Assembly (NCBI GenBank): GCA_951812525.1
Contig: OX638316.1
Coordinates: 1,064,506 to 1,128,505 of the forward strand
Origin: an uncultured Poribacteria bacterium
GTDB lineage: Bacteria; Poribacteria; WGA-4E; WGA-3G
Direction of reading: 5' to 3'
DNA length: 64,000 nt
The notes beneath the pieces are model-generated. The model did no database searches. It was not told the DNA's origin and was given only the letters and a program-made list of their open reading frames with translations. Position numbers and translations under genes: made by a program. The stretch's first letter is position 1, and every line of letters begins with the position of its first letter. Below, piece by piece: positions 7,974 to 17,601 of this stretch.

Positions 7974-9881
7974 TTATTCCTGATTTGGCGGTTGATAATA
8001 TTGCCCGAGGACTTCATTGGCAAGGCTTCTGCCATCCTCAATGACGCGTGCGGCGAAATCGAGAGTAATTTCGGTAATATTGTTTTCTTGTGCGCGTTGT
8101 TCAATCCTCGTTTGTGTGATATTCCGCATGAACCCAGCAGGCACGAGATTCAGGCGTTCGATTGCCTCCTCAGTCCACTGCAATGGACTTTCAAAATTTT
8201 GTCCGACTTCAGCAGCGTTTTGGGGGTCTGTAGCCTGTGCTTGTAGAGTCCTGAGTTCGGGCGCATCTTCACGGACTGCTGCGGCTTCACCCATACTGTC
8301 GTTAATGATCTCGGTTGCGAAGGCGTTGGTGATAGTCCCAATCTTTTGGGCGCGTGCGGATTTTTCGATCCGCGCTTTGACGTTACGACGCATATAGCCG
8401 CGTGGCACACGACGGAGTGCTTTTTTCGATTGCTCTGACCACTGGAGCCGCACGCCATCAAATGTCTCTTCCGCTGCAGCACCACCTTCGTCCACGGCGA
8501 TGTGTTCCAAGGAACCCTTATCAACCATTTGGAACTGTTCGGGTGAGGCACTACAGACAGGACACTGTACGGGCTGTTGATTGTGCGCAGCGTAGCCACA
8601 TTCGCCGCAAATGTAGGTTTGCACGGCATCCGATGCGAGCACCTGCTGTTCAGCAATCTCTTTGGCAACGCGCGTCAGTCTTTCAGAGGCGCGTTCTGGC
8701 ATAATCGCTTCCATGGCTTTATCAATGACGCTTTCGGTGATAACGGAATGACCGCGTTCTATGGCAAACCGATGAACAGCTGTCTTAGCGATGCCCCGGA
8801 TCAAAGGTGGGGCTTTCTCCATTCTATCTAACGCCTCCTGCGTCCAGACGAGGATTTCTTCGGCTTTTACATCAATCTGTGGAAAATAGCGTTGACTCAC
8901 CAAAAGGACATTGCAAGGTGCGAGGCGTAACAGGTTCTCGGCGGTGCTGCCGATGTCCGTATCCTGTTCACTGTGGACGCCGATCCTACCTAAAACAAGG
9001 AGCCAAGGATTTGTTTTGCGTGTGTATTGTAAAACCTTTTCGTAGGCTTTTCCATCAAGGAGGGTAATTTTCAGAGCGTAGTTGTGCTCCTCTTTTGCGA
9101 TAGAGCGGGCGACTTCAAGGTGGGATTGATAAATCTTCGCCAATCCGGTATCAATCACTTCTTCGTGCAGTTGCTCTTGCTCCTTAAATCTGAAAGTTCG
9201 CGCTGCGCGTTCCGTAAGTACGTTGACAACGGAATTGAAGACGATATAGTGGAGATAGGGATCGTAAACACCGACTGCTTCGACCTGTTTGTTGAACATT
9301 TTTCCAAGTTGTATCGCTGTTTTCAAGCCTGAAAAAGATTCAGGACTTCCATCAATACCGACGAGGATATTTCCGTCATGTTCTTCAACGGGGTCGAGGT
9401 CACGGACGACGAGTGTATCGGTATTAATACGGCGGACGACGCGTTCACAGACACCACCGATGAGACTATCCTTAACAGCCCCCATGCCGAGTGCACCCAT
9501 AATGACGAGATCGTAGTCGCTTGCCTGAATGTCTTCAACGAGTTTTATGTAGTGTTTGCCTTCGGGCATTTTCGGCTCAAAGGGGATGTCAAGTTCAGCG
9601 CACTTCTGTTTCATTACCTCCAGATAGGAGTCAGAGATAAGTTGTAGCCCCATGGTAATGAGTGTATCGTGAATCCGACGTTGTTTTTCGAGTTCGACCT
9701 CGTCTTGGTACTCCTCTGGCAGGGTATATTCCATCTGTTTAAAGCGGACATCGTGCATCTTTGCGGCGTAAACGTGCGAACCCACCAATTGCGAGCCGAA
9801 CTTCTTGGCGAACGCAACCGCTAAAGCGATGCTTGCATCTGAATAGTCCGAATTGTCAACAGGCACATATATTTTTTTCAT
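7974..9881 (-). CDS. Multidomain protein: 2x universal stress protein (UspA) domains, then PCP_red, a rubredoxin-like zinc ribbon, and two more PCP_red domains.
   Basis: N-terminal MKKIYVPVDNSDYSD...VGSHV and a second USP unit GNILVGIDGSPES. Three W(T/S)xEAxxRLxxxPxFxR segments match PCP_red: VWTQEALDRMEKAPPLIRG, LQWSEQSKKALRRVPRGYMRR and LQWTEEAIERLNLVPAGFMRN. Zinc ribbon CGECG...CPVC. Confidence 0.65.
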   Translation of the reverse strand: MKKIYVPVDNSDYSDASIALAVAFAKKFGSQLVGSHVYAAKMHDVRFKQMEYTLPEEYQDEVELEKQRRIHDTLITMGLQLISDSYLEVMKQKCAELDIPFEPKMPEGKHYIKLVEDIQASDYDLVIMGALGMGAVKDSLIGGVCERVVRRINTDTLVVRDLDPVEEHDGNILVGIDGSPESFSGLKTAIQLGKMFNKQVEAVGVYDPYLHYIVFNSVVNVLTERAARTFRFKEQEQLHEEVIDTGLAKIYQSHLEVARSIAKEEHNYALKITLLDGKAYEKVLQYTRKTNPWLLVLGRIGVHSEQDTDIGSTAENLLRLAPCNVLLVSQRYFPQIDVKAEEILVWTQEALDRMEKAPPLIRGIAKTAVHRFAIERGHSVITESVIDKAMEAIMPERASERLTRVAKEIAEQQVLASDAVQTYICGECGYAAHNQQPVQCPVCSASPEQFQMVDKGSLEHIAVDEGGAAAEETFDGVRLQWSEQSKKALRRVPRGYMRRNVKARIEKSARAQKIGTITNAFATEIINDSMGEAAAVREDAPELRTLQAQATDPQNAAEVGQNFESPLQWTEEAIERLNLVPAGFMRNITQTRIEQRAQENNITEITLDFAARVIEDGRSLANEVLGQYYQPPNQE

Positions 9882-9918
9882 TATCTTTTCCCCAGTTGTT
9901 ATTTACAGAGAAAGGCAC

Positions 9919-10179
9919 TCACTCTGTCTCCGCATCATCAGCCTTGTAGCGAGTCCCCAAGAAACCACCGAGCAGATGCGCGATGAGTGTTGGGATCCAT
10001 AAGTAAACCATCGCTGTCTGCCACTCCCAATCGAGAACAAAACGCCGCACAACAATGTTAATCACGATCGGAATGTAGAGACATCTACTCCAAGGACGGC
10101 TTAATTTTTTAAAGCGGACCCGGAAGAACCCAAACGGGAAGTGAATCACAAAGGCAGCGATCGAAATGAGGAGGTTCAA
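9919..10179 (-). CDS. Small two-TM membrane protein in the cox cluster.
   Basis: 86 aa with two hydrophobic helices. Positioned between SCO1 and the USP/PCP_red gene. Confidence 0.4.
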   Translation of the reverse strand: MNLLISIAAFVIHFPFGFFRVRFKKLSRPWSRCLYIPIVINIVVRRFVLDWEWQTAMVYLWIPTLIAHLLGGFLGTRYKADDAETE

Positions 10180-10184
10180 ATCCT

Positions 10185-10832
10185 TTATTTTCCGAGCAGC
10201 GTGCTAAGATCGCGCCGTAGACGTAACATCGCCGGCTTACTCCGACTGTCATAGCGTCCATAGATACGTCCGTCTGACGCTACGAGAACAAACCGTGTGC
10301 TATGAAGAAGTTCGGTTCCGTTGTGTCCGGCGGCTAAACTAAAGCCGTCTTTCGCCAATTCGTAAATACTATCCTTTTCACCAGTGAGAAAGTGCCAACG
10401 TCTGTTATCAGCCCCGTATTCCGCCGCATAGCGGGAGAGTACCTCCGAGGTATCGCGTTCTGGATCCACGGAGAAGGAGACGAAATAGACTGGGTCAGCA
10501 ACGAACTCGGATTGGAGACGCGCCATCTCTTGTGTCATCGCTGGACAAATTGTTGGGCAATTGGTGAAGATAAAATCTGCGACCCAGACTTTACCCGCCA
10601 TATCCGATAATGCTAACAATTCTCCCTGCTGATCTGTCAGGCGAAAGTCGGGGACGCTGACAGATACCTCTTGTGCCGCTGTTACCTCCGGTTTAGTGTC
10701 AAACACCGACCATAAAGTGGCACCCGCAATACCAAGAATAATAACACCCAGCACCACCCATATCAGCGTGCTTTTGTCAAGTCGCCTCTCAACTTTACTG
10801 GTATTACTGGTTTGCGTTTTCATATCCAGCAC
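10185..10832 (-). CDS. SCO1/SenC copper chaperone for CuA assembly.
   Basis: N-terminal TM, then a thioredoxin-like domain with the CxxxC motif (FIFTNCPTICPAMT) and a downstream His. Located in the cox operon. Confidence 0.85.
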   Translation of the reverse strand: MLDMKTQTSNTSKVERRLDKSTLIWVVLGVIILGIAGATLWSVFDTKPEVTAAQEVSVSVPDFRLTDQQGELLALSDMAGKVWVADFIFTNCPTICPAMTQEMARLQSEFVADPVYFVSFSVDPERDTSEVLSRYAAEYGADNRRWHFLTGEKDSIYELAKDGFSLAAGHNGTELLHSTRFVLVASDGRIYGRYDSRSKPAMLRLRRDLSTLLGK

Positions 10833-10843
10833 CGAGCCGGTAG

Positions 10844-11179
10844 TTAGTGCGCCGATGTATCAGCGACTTCTGCCGGTTTCTCTATCCCTTCGTGCCGTGT
10901 ATCTGATGTAAGATCAGGCATCAACGCAAAGACGAGAAGAACACAGATAAGGAAAGGCGTTATCACAATAACCGCCAACGTTTTCCTTTCAAACTTTAGA
11001 TGCATAAAATAGTTAGCAACTAAAATCGCCTTAGAACATGCCAGCCCGATGAGTAGTATGCCCTTGAGTAGGGTAGCATAATCAGGGATTGCGACAGCAA
11101 CCTCAATAATAGTAAGAGCAAGGAGCCACCAAAAAATATTCATGTATTTCGGGTGCTCTTTGTGTCCGTCCTGTGCCAT
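10844..11179 (-). CDS. ctaF: Cytochrome c oxidase subunit IV, prokaryotic caa3-type (COX4_pro).
   Basis: HKEHPKYMNIFWWLLALTIIEVAVA...KAILVANYFMHLKFE matches the PF03626 pattern. Confidence 0.75.
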   Translation of the reverse strand: MAQDGHKEHPKYMNIFWWLLALTIIEVAVAIPDYATLLKGILLIGLACSKAILVANYFMHLKFERKTLAVIVITPFLICVLLVFALMPDLTSDTRHEGIEKPAEVADTSAH

Positions 11180-11191
11180 TTTTATCTCCTT

Positions 11192-11842
11192 CTACAGTAG
11201 ATAGATGAAGGTGAAAACCATAATCCAAATAAGGTCGACGAAGTGCCAATAGAGACCAACGATTTCTACCTCATGGTTAAACTCAGCCGTATACCTACCA
11301 CGCAAGCCGTGTATCAAGATAACAATGAGATAAATGACACCCCCCGTTACGTGCATTCCGTGGAAACCCGTGATGGCGTAGAAAGTCGGACCAAATAGCG
11401 TTGAACCGCTAATCGCTGCACCCGACAGCCCGTGATCAGGGATACCGGTGAGTGTCAATCCGTGATTAATCAAATGTGTCCACTCATACGCTTGTAGCCC
11501 GAGAAAGATTACTCCCCCGGCGATTGTTAGTCCAAGGAACGTACACATGCGTGAAACATTGCCGTTCTGAATAGACTCCAGTGCTTTCACCATAGTGACA
11601 CTACTGCATATCAACAGGAATGTCATAAAAGCGGTTAGGTTAATGCCGAGGATCTCACTTGGCGGCACCCAACCGACTACACCCGCGCCTGCCCGGAGGG
11701 CTGCATAAGCTGCCAGCAAAGCCCCAAACGACATGGTATCCCCAACGAGGAAAATCCACATGCCAAGCTTGCCCATGCTGTCCGGCGTAAGCGAAGGTTC
11801 ATATACATCTTCAGTATGATCTAAAGTGGTAGCGTGTTCCAC
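11192..11842 (-). CDS. ctaE: Cytochrome c oxidase subunit III.
   Basis: Multi-TM protein with a CoxIII-like helix pattern (HGMHVTGGVIYL). GTG start preceded by AAGGAG. Confidence 0.8.
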   Translation of the reverse strand: MEHATTLDHTEDVYEPSLTPDSMGKLGMWIFLVGDTMSFGALLAAYAALRAGAGVVGWVPPSEILGINLTAFMTFLLICSSVTMVKALESIQNGNVSRMCTFLGLTIAGGVIFLGLQAYEWTHLINHGLTLTGIPDHGLSGAAISGSTLFGPTFYAITGFHGMHVTGGVIYLIVILIHGLRGRYTAEFNHEVEIVGLYWHFVDLIWIMVFTFIYLL

Positions 11843-11860
11843 TATATTTAACTCCTTTAT

Positions 11861-11953
11861 TAGTTATCAGTTGTGAATTGTCAGTTAAGACGATTTCTGA
11901 TACGTAGAAAACGCTCCTTTAACCGACTACCGATAACTGATAATCGATAACCG
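11861..11953. repeat. Inverted-repeat (MITE/REP-like) element, copy A.
   Basis: Left arm TAGTTATCAGTTGTGAATTGTCAGTT and right arm AACCGACTACCGATAACTGATAATCGATAACCG, related to copies at 20210, 26386 and 38936. Confidence 0.55.
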
Positions 11954-12150
11954 TTCCAATGTAAGAAAATCGTGCCACCGACGAGACCAAAAACCGTAAA
12001 TGGCATTGCCATCAGAAAAAGGATACTCCAATTAAAACCTTTACCGATAGGATCGTCAAGATCTTTGCAGCCAGGACAAGCCTCAAGATATATTGGTGCT
12101 ACGAGCATGACGAGTATCAAGACGGAAACCCATACGAAAAGTCTGTACAT
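11881..12150 (-). CDS. Small two-TM membrane protein with a CPGC motif. The C-terminal tail overlaps the IR element.
   Basis: The ORF has two TM helices and LEACPGCKD. Coding status is uncertain because the 3' end is built from the repeat element. Confidence 0.35.
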   Translation of the reverse strand: MYRLFVWVSVLILVMLVAPIYLEACPGCKDLDDPIGKGFNWSILFLMAMPFTVFGLVGGTIFLHWNGYRLSVIGSRLKERFLRIRNRLN

Positions 12151-12172
12151 TTCAACGGTTCCTTTCCCGGTG

Positions 12173-12766
12173 TTACAAGAGATACACTAAAACATAAAGA
12201 ATTGGCCAGAGTGCGACAACATAAATCCAGTAGATTGTACAGGTATCAACGCCGACGTAACCGTCGGCAGAGAAACGACCTGCAATCGCCATGCCGAAGA
12301 CTATGAATAGCCATATAACAGCCGTCAGCACATGAACAGCATGGCATCCGATAAGCACATAAAAGATACCACCATACACACCTGATTGGAGCGTGAGTCC
12401 GTTGTGAATGAGTTGTACCCATTCACTTCCTTGTACACCGAGGAAGAGGAGCCCAAGCATCCCTGTGATCAATAGCCAACTGCGGAGCTGCTTCACATGG
12501 TCCTTCTGAATTGCACGGCGTGCTTGAAACATTGTGTAGCTGCTCAGTAGGAGCAACGCCGTATTGATGCCGGTTACCAAGCGCGGCAGCTCAAGCCCGA
12601 TATGTGACGGTGGGGGCCATGTGACATTTCCGACCCGAAATACGAGAAACGTTCCGATGAGACCTGAGAACAGCATCGTTTCTGCACCGAGCAGGATTAA
12701 TACACCTAATCGTGCGTTGCTCAAAGGTGGACGTTCATGTATTCCAGCGTTATTACGTGCCATCAT
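12173..12766 (-). CDS. Second cytochrome c oxidase subunit III-family protein (paralog).
   Basis: CoxIII-like helices (GCHAVHVLTAVIWLFIVF). Confidence 0.7.
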   Translation of the reverse strand: MMARNNAGIHERPPLSNARLGVLILLGAETMLFSGLIGTFLVFRVGNVTWPPPSHIGLELPRLVTGINTALLLLSSYTMFQARRAIQKDHVKQLRSWLLITGMLGLLFLGVQGSEWVQLIHNGLTLQSGVYGGIFYVLIGCHAVHVLTAVIWLFIVFGMAIAGRFSADGYVGVDTCTIYWIYVVALWPILYVLVYLL

Positions 12767-12798
12767 TGTTCATTCTCGTAATCAAGATGCTTCTTATT

Positions 12799-13062
12799 TC
12801 AAGTATTTCGGACAACCCGAAGAACGATCTCAACTACCGCCGCGATAATCAGTAGCAGCCCGATGATTCCCAAAACCGGTGTGCTAATACCCGCGAGAAC
12901 TTTTTCAACGAGCGGATGCGCCTTGCTGCCTGTAATAATTGCCGTTGTTGCGATGATAAACAGCCCTACAAACAGCAGACATAAGATAATACCGAGGCGA
13001 CGATTTCGCTTGCGATGCTCAGGTGCGTTCATACCTGTTCCAAAAGATACAGTAGAAGCCAC
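12799..13062 (-). CDS. Small two-TM membrane protein in the cox operon.
   Basis: 87 aa with two TM helices, tightly packed between ctaB and coxIII. Confidence 0.4.
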   Translation of the reverse strand: MASTVSFGTGMNAPEHRKRNRRLGIILCLLFVGLFIIATTAIITGSKAHPLVEKVLAGISTPVLGIIGLLLIIAAVVEIVLRVVRNT

Positions 13063-13088
13063 TTTGCCCCTACTTTAATTATAAAAAC

Positions 13089-14012
13089 CTAAATCTTGTC
13101 CAACGCCATCGTGATAAATACCACTGGCAGATAAAGCAACGATGCGTATAACAGATAGCGTGCGGCTTTCACTGAACGTGTGCGCGCCAAGTAGATACCA
13201 GCTGCCAAGAATGCCACACCCGCTATCAGTGCTGTAAAGAAATAGATGCTACCCGCAATGTTGCACAACGTCGGTAACAAACCTATTCCGAGGAGTGCGA
13301 CGCAATTAACCACAATTTGACGGCATGTACTCGCCCCATCTGGATGAATGACCGGCAACAAACGGAATCCCGCTTTTGCATAGTCCTCACGATAAATGTA
13401 GGCGATTGCGAGAGAGTGCGGAAGCTGCCATAAAAAGAGTATCGCAAATAGCACCCACGCCTCGCCAGTCAGTGAACCTCGTGCTGCAACCCATCCGACG
13501 ACCGGAGGGAGTGCTCCTGGCACTGCACCGATAAGCGTACACAAGGAAGTCTTCTGCTTGAGTGGCGTATAGAGAAGCAGGTAACTGACGACTATCAGCG
13601 AGATAACGAAACCACTCAACACATTGACGACAAACGTCAGATAGAGCATTCCACTACCTGTGAGGGCAGCACCAACAAAGAGTGCCACCAATGGACTCAT
13701 CCTGCCATCAGGAAGCGGTCTCCCTTGCGTCCGTTTCATCTGTGCATCCGCATCGCGTTCGAGGTATTGGTTAAGCCCTAATACACCCGCCGCTGTCAAT
13801 CCTGCGCCGATAAGGGTATGCAGGCATAGAAGCCAATTCATGGTCCGCGCGCCGAGATAGAAACCGGCAGCGGTCGTAATGAGTATCATTACTACCAATC
13901 GCGGTTTGACGAGTTCGATCAGGTCAGCCACGCGAAGCGCAAAAGCCGTTTGTTTCGACGGTGAATTTGGTGTGTCCCCATTATCTGGTAATGTCGTTGT
14001 TGTTGAACGCAT
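13089..14012 (-). CDS. ctaB: Protoheme IX farnesyltransferase (heme O synthase), UbiA family.
   Basis: LVKPRLVVMILITTAAGFYLG and multiple TM helices, typical of CyoE/CtaB. Confidence 0.85.
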   Translation of the reverse strand: MRSTTTTLPDNGDTPNSPSKQTAFALRVADLIELVKPRLVVMILITTAAGFYLGARTMNWLLCLHTLIGAGLTAAGVLGLNQYLERDADAQMKRTQGRPLPDGRMSPLVALFVGAALTGSGMLYLTFVVNVLSGFVISLIVVSYLLLYTPLKQKTSLCTLIGAVPGALPPVVGWVAARGSLTGEAWVLFAILFLWQLPHSLAIAYIYREDYAKAGFRLLPVIHPDGASTCRQIVVNCVALLGIGLLPTLCNIAGSIYFFTALIAGVAFLAAGIYLARTRSVKAARYLLYASLLYLPVVFITMALDKI

Positions 14013-14030
14013 TATTCTTTACCTCATACC

Positions 14031-14966
14031 TCATTCTGTAACTAACGCACCACTAGTAGGCGTATCAGCGGGAACCGAGGCATCGGTGAATCTGTAAATT
14101 TTCAGTGTTAACACGAAACTACTAACTAACATAAGCGCACCGACCGCGACGTGTGCGGTTGTAATTGTTACCGTGAGTGCGGCTGCGAACGTTTCCCCAA
14201 GAGCGGTTAGTTTCGCGAAAAACGCGCCTGTACCGAGTATCAACTGCACAGCAAGGAGTCCCAGCAACAAAAGTGCCCCGGACGGAGCGATTCGCTGTGT
14301 GGCATCACTTGCCCCAAGGATACGTCTCGCCAGTAAGAAAATGTGCAGTGCGACCAAAAAAGCAAAAAGAAGATGCGCATCAAGCCTGCTACCAGTATGC
14401 CGCAAAACCGCTCCGAAGATAAGCTGCACATAAATCAGCCCTGTTGTAATCAGGCTTAACCGCCGCAGCTTTTGCGATTCGGCGACCATGGATTCATTCT
14501 TTTCCTCCCACCAATCGCGAGAGGAGAACCAAGCGATCCCACAGAGGAGTGCGAAAAACGCTTGTGCGAGACATGCGTGTACTATCGCAAAGTTGCGATT
14601 AACCTGCGTGACCCGAAGTCCACCGAGAACACCTTGTACAATGACAGCGATGAGTGCAGCGAGCCCGAGCCATTTTAGCCACTTGCGGGAATCTTTCGCC
14701 AATATGAAGACGAAAAGTCCGACTGTCAAGAGCCCAACGAGGGAACCCATGAGCCGATGACTATGCTCATATAGGATACCACCGACCATTTCGGACAGTG
14801 GATAGAGAAACATGTTATATCCGAAAGTTGTTGGCCAATCAGGGACAGCCAATCCAGAGTCAGTGCCTGTAACGATTCCGCCGATGACAATCAACAAGAA
14901 AGTCGCGCCTGCAGTGAGGCGTGCCAGTCTGTGTAACCACGGGCTATACTTGGTGTCGTTCTGCAT
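14031..14966 (-). CDS. ctaA: Heme A synthase (COX15/CtaA).
   Basis: Eight-TM protein with conserved His-containing helices (LYEHSHRLMGS, VLRHTG). Confidence 0.8.
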   Translation of the reverse strand: MQNDTKYSPWLHRLARLTAGATFLLIVIGGIVTGTDSGLAVPDWPTTFGYNMFLYPLSEMVGGILYEHSHRLMGSLVGLLTVGLFVFILAKDSRKWLKWLGLAALIAVIVQGVLGGLRVTQVNRNFAIVHACLAQAFFALLCGIAWFSSRDWWEEKNESMVAESQKLRRLSLITTGLIYVQLIFGAVLRHTGSRLDAHLLFAFLVALHIFLLARRILGASDATQRIAPSGALLLLGLLAVQLILGTGAFFAKLTALGETFAAALTVTITTAHVAVGALMLVSSFVLTLKIYRFTDASVPADTPTSGALVTE

Positions 14967-14991
14967 GCTGCATTTCCACAGGTGTTTAGAA

Positions 14992-15013
14992 AGGCGCGGC
15001 TGAAACCGCGCCT
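14992..15013 (-). terminator. Stem-loop between ctaD and ctaA that contains the GAAACCGCGCCTAC box. It may be an attenuator or an RNA-stability hairpin.
   Basis: AGGCGCGG-CTGAAA-CCGCGCCT. Only a weak T-tract follows on the minus strand. Confidence 0.35.
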
Positions 15014-15020
15014 ACGGTCG

Positions 15021-16877
15021 TTAGTCGCCGCTTGTCGCCGGTGCATGTTCAGGTTGTGCCTGCGGAACCCAATCCTCCTCTTCGCCAGGGACACTATATT
15101 CATACGGACCCCGGTAGACGGTCGGAATTTGACCGAAGTTGCCGTGCGGTACCGGTGTAGGTGCTTCCCACTCCAGCGTATTTACCTGCCACGGATTCTG
15201 TTCGGCGACTTTTCCACGGTACATGCTCCAGAAGAAGTTAAAGACGAGTATCAGTTGTGCAAAACCGAGTGTGAACGCACTCATCGTGATAAAGATGTTC
15301 ATGCCTTCAAACCCCTGTAGGAACTCGTACTGCATCGGGTTGGAGATGCGTCGCATGTGTCCACCTACACCGAGAATATGCATCGGGAAGAAGGTGCAAT
15401 TGAACGCAATAAAAGTCAACCAGAAATGAATCTTGGACAGCGTATCGTTCATGTAGCGTCCATACATTTTCGGAAACCAGAAGACGATACCACCGAAAAT
15501 AGCGAACAGACTTCCACCGAACACAACATAGTGAATATGCGCCACAATGTAGTAGGTATCGTGGATGAAGATGTCAACCGGCGTGTTAGCCATGTAAATG
15601 CCGCTCAACCCACCAATCACGAACATCGAAACAAAAGCGATACCGTGGAGCATTGGAGTTGTGAATCGGATTGAACCGCGAAACATTGTGCCGAGCCAGT
15701 TAAATGTTTTGATGGCTGATGGCACTGCGATGAGCATCGTTGTTGTCATAAACACAGAACCGAGTCCTGGTCGCATGCCGCTCTGGAACATGTGGTGTCC
15801 CCAGACAATCCATCCCAAAAACGCGATGGCAATCATTGCGTAGACCATGGAACGATATCCGAAGATCGGTTTCCGTGAAAAGACAGCAATCAACTCAGAA
15901 GCGATACCCATGCCGGGCAAAATAAGGATATAGACCTCTGGGTGTCCGAAGAACCAGAAGAGGTGCTGCCACAAGAGCGGGTCGCCGCCGCCTTCCGCTG
16001 TTGCTGAAAAAAACGTCGTTCCGGCAAGCCTATCAAAGATGAGCAGGGCAAGTGCAGATGTCAGTACAGGGAAAGCAAGCAACAGGAGAATAGCGACGAT
16101 GAAAAGCGACCAGATAACCAAAGGTAACCGGAAGAACGTCATCCCGGGTGCTCGCATATTGATAACCGTCGTGATATAGTTAATAGATCCGACGAGTGAG
16201 GAAAATCCTTGAATAAGGAGACTAATTGCCCAGAGATTTTGTCCCCAATCCACTCCTGTCCATTGTGGATCAGAAGAGAGGGGGGCATAACCCGTCCATC
16301 CGGCTGCTGCGTGTCCGCCGGGCACAAAGAACCCGATTGCCATGACAATCGCTGCAAGGACTGCGAGCCAAAAAGAGAGCATGTTGAGGATAGGGAACGC
16401 CATATCCCGTGTGCCAATCATCAAGGGAATCAGGAAATTTCCGAAGGTACCTACTAAGATTGGTACAATGACGAAAAATACCATAATAGTGGCATGCATC
16501 GTAAACAGCATGTTGTAAAATGCAGGTTCGATGACACCGTTGGGCATATTGACTTCAAGCCATTCCTCTTTTTCGGATTCATAGATGCGCTCCCACATCC
16601 TATCAGCACCTGTGGCGACCTCGCCTTCATCCATATATTGTTGTGAAGCACCAATGATAGGCAAAGGTCTTTCGGGATAAGCAAGTTGCCATCTAAAGAG
16701 GAGCGCGAGTCCGCCGCCGACGAAGAACATGATCAGCCCATAGATAAGGAACTGCTTGCCGATCGTCTTGTGGTCAAGCGAAAAGATATATTTGCTAATA
16801 AAACTTTCTTCGTGATGATGTGACGTATGTTCGTTATCGTGCATATTTATTGTCCTCCTTGAGCCTATTGAGGCCAT
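15021..16877 (-). CDS. ctaD: Cytochrome c oxidase subunit I (heme-copper oxidase).
   Basis: WFFGHPEVYILILPGMG, and the HxxxY/His-ligand helix pattern across 12 or more TM helices. Confidence 0.95.
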   Translation of the reverse strand: MASIGSRRTINMHDNEHTSHHHEESFISKYIFSLDHKTIGKQFLIYGLIMFFVGGGLALLFRWQLAYPERPLPIIGASQQYMDEGEVATGADRMWERIYESEKEEWLEVNMPNGVIEPAFYNMLFTMHATIMVFFVIVPILVGTFGNFLIPLMIGTRDMAFPILNMLSFWLAVLAAIVMAIGFFVPGGHAAAGWTGYAPLSSDPQWTGVDWGQNLWAISLLIQGFSSLVGSINYITTVINMRAPGMTFFRLPLVIWSLFIVAILLLLAFPVLTSALALLIFDRLAGTTFFSATAEGGGDPLLWQHLFWFFGHPEVYILILPGMGIASELIAVFSRKPIFGYRSMVYAMIAIAFLGWIVWGHHMFQSGMRPGLGSVFMTTTMLIAVPSAIKTFNWLGTMFRGSIRFTTPMLHGIAFVSMFVIGGLSGIYMANTPVDIFIHDTYYIVAHIHYVVFGGSLFAIFGGIVFWFPKMYGRYMNDTLSKIHFWLTFIAFNCTFFPMHILGVGGHMRRISNPMQYEFLQGFEGMNIFITMSAFTLGFAQLILVFNFFWSMYRGKVAEQNPWQVNTLEWEAPTPVPHGNFGQIPTVYRGPYEYSVPGEEEDWVPQAQPEHAPATSGD

Positions 16878-17530
16878 CTTTCTTGCAGCCAGGCATCGTA
16901 GTCCGCTTGCGTATGCACATTGAGGTATCCAAGCATTCCAGAGTGTCCGAATCCACAGAGTTCAGCACACGGTATTTCATACCGTCCTGCCTTTGTCGCC
17001 TCAAACCAGACGTTGATGGATCTACCGGGCAATGCGTCCTGTTTGAGCCTTAATTGCGGCACAAAAAAACTGTGAATGACATCGGTAGCGGTTAACCGGA
17101 TATGCACGACGGCGTTGACCGGTACATGGAGTTCATTTTCCAATGTTAGGTCGTCGTCTGTCCCGAGTTCGTTATCGGGTCCAGGATAGATCATATCCCA
17201 GTTAAATTGTTTTCCGCTGACCTGAACAACAACGTCTGGATTATCAGGGAACTCTGTAGGAGATTTAATGTTATTCCACTGTGGGTAACTGAACATCGCG
17301 AGTCCAAAGACAATCACGGTGGTAGCGGCAGTCCAGACAATTTCAAGGGTCGTGCTTCCCTCAATGTAGTGTGCCCTCTGACCTTCCTGATGGCGATACT
17401 TAAACAGGAAAACGATAAGGGTCCCCATCACAAGGATGAACACAACGAGCGTAATATAATAAATAGCGTAAAAGAGGTTATCAACGCCTTGCCCGAACGT
17501 TGATACGTTCTCAGGGAGCCATTGAAGCAT
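16865..17530 (-). CDS. ctaC: Cytochrome c oxidase subunit II with a CuA centre.
   Basis: CuA motif HSFFVPQ...CAELCGFGHSGM. Two N-terminal TM helices. Likely start MLQWLPEN (ATG at 17528-17530). Confidence 0.9.
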   Translation of the reverse strand: MLQWLPENVSTFGQGVDNLFYAIYYITLVVFILVMGTLIVFLFKYRHQEGQRAHYIEGSTTLEIVWTAATTVIVFGLAMFSYPQWNNIKSPTEFPDNPDVVVQVSGKQFNWDMIYPGPDNELGTDDDLTLENELHVPVNAVVHIRLTATDVIHSFFVPQLRLKQDALPGRSINVWFEATKAGRYEIPCAELCGFGHSGMLGYLNVHTQADYDAWLQERWPQ

Positions 17531-17601
17531 CAAGTCCTCCTTAGAAGCGCATCTCACTTATTGATAAAGCGAAAGCGCCTAATATTTTGTTCTTAACAAG
17601 T

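Noticed and set aside
8017-9647. Multiple plus-strand ORFs (8017..8397, 8402..8704, 9378..9647 and others)
   Set aside because: All lie antisense within the 635-aa USP/PCP_red gene. They have no motifs and show GC-frame artefact.
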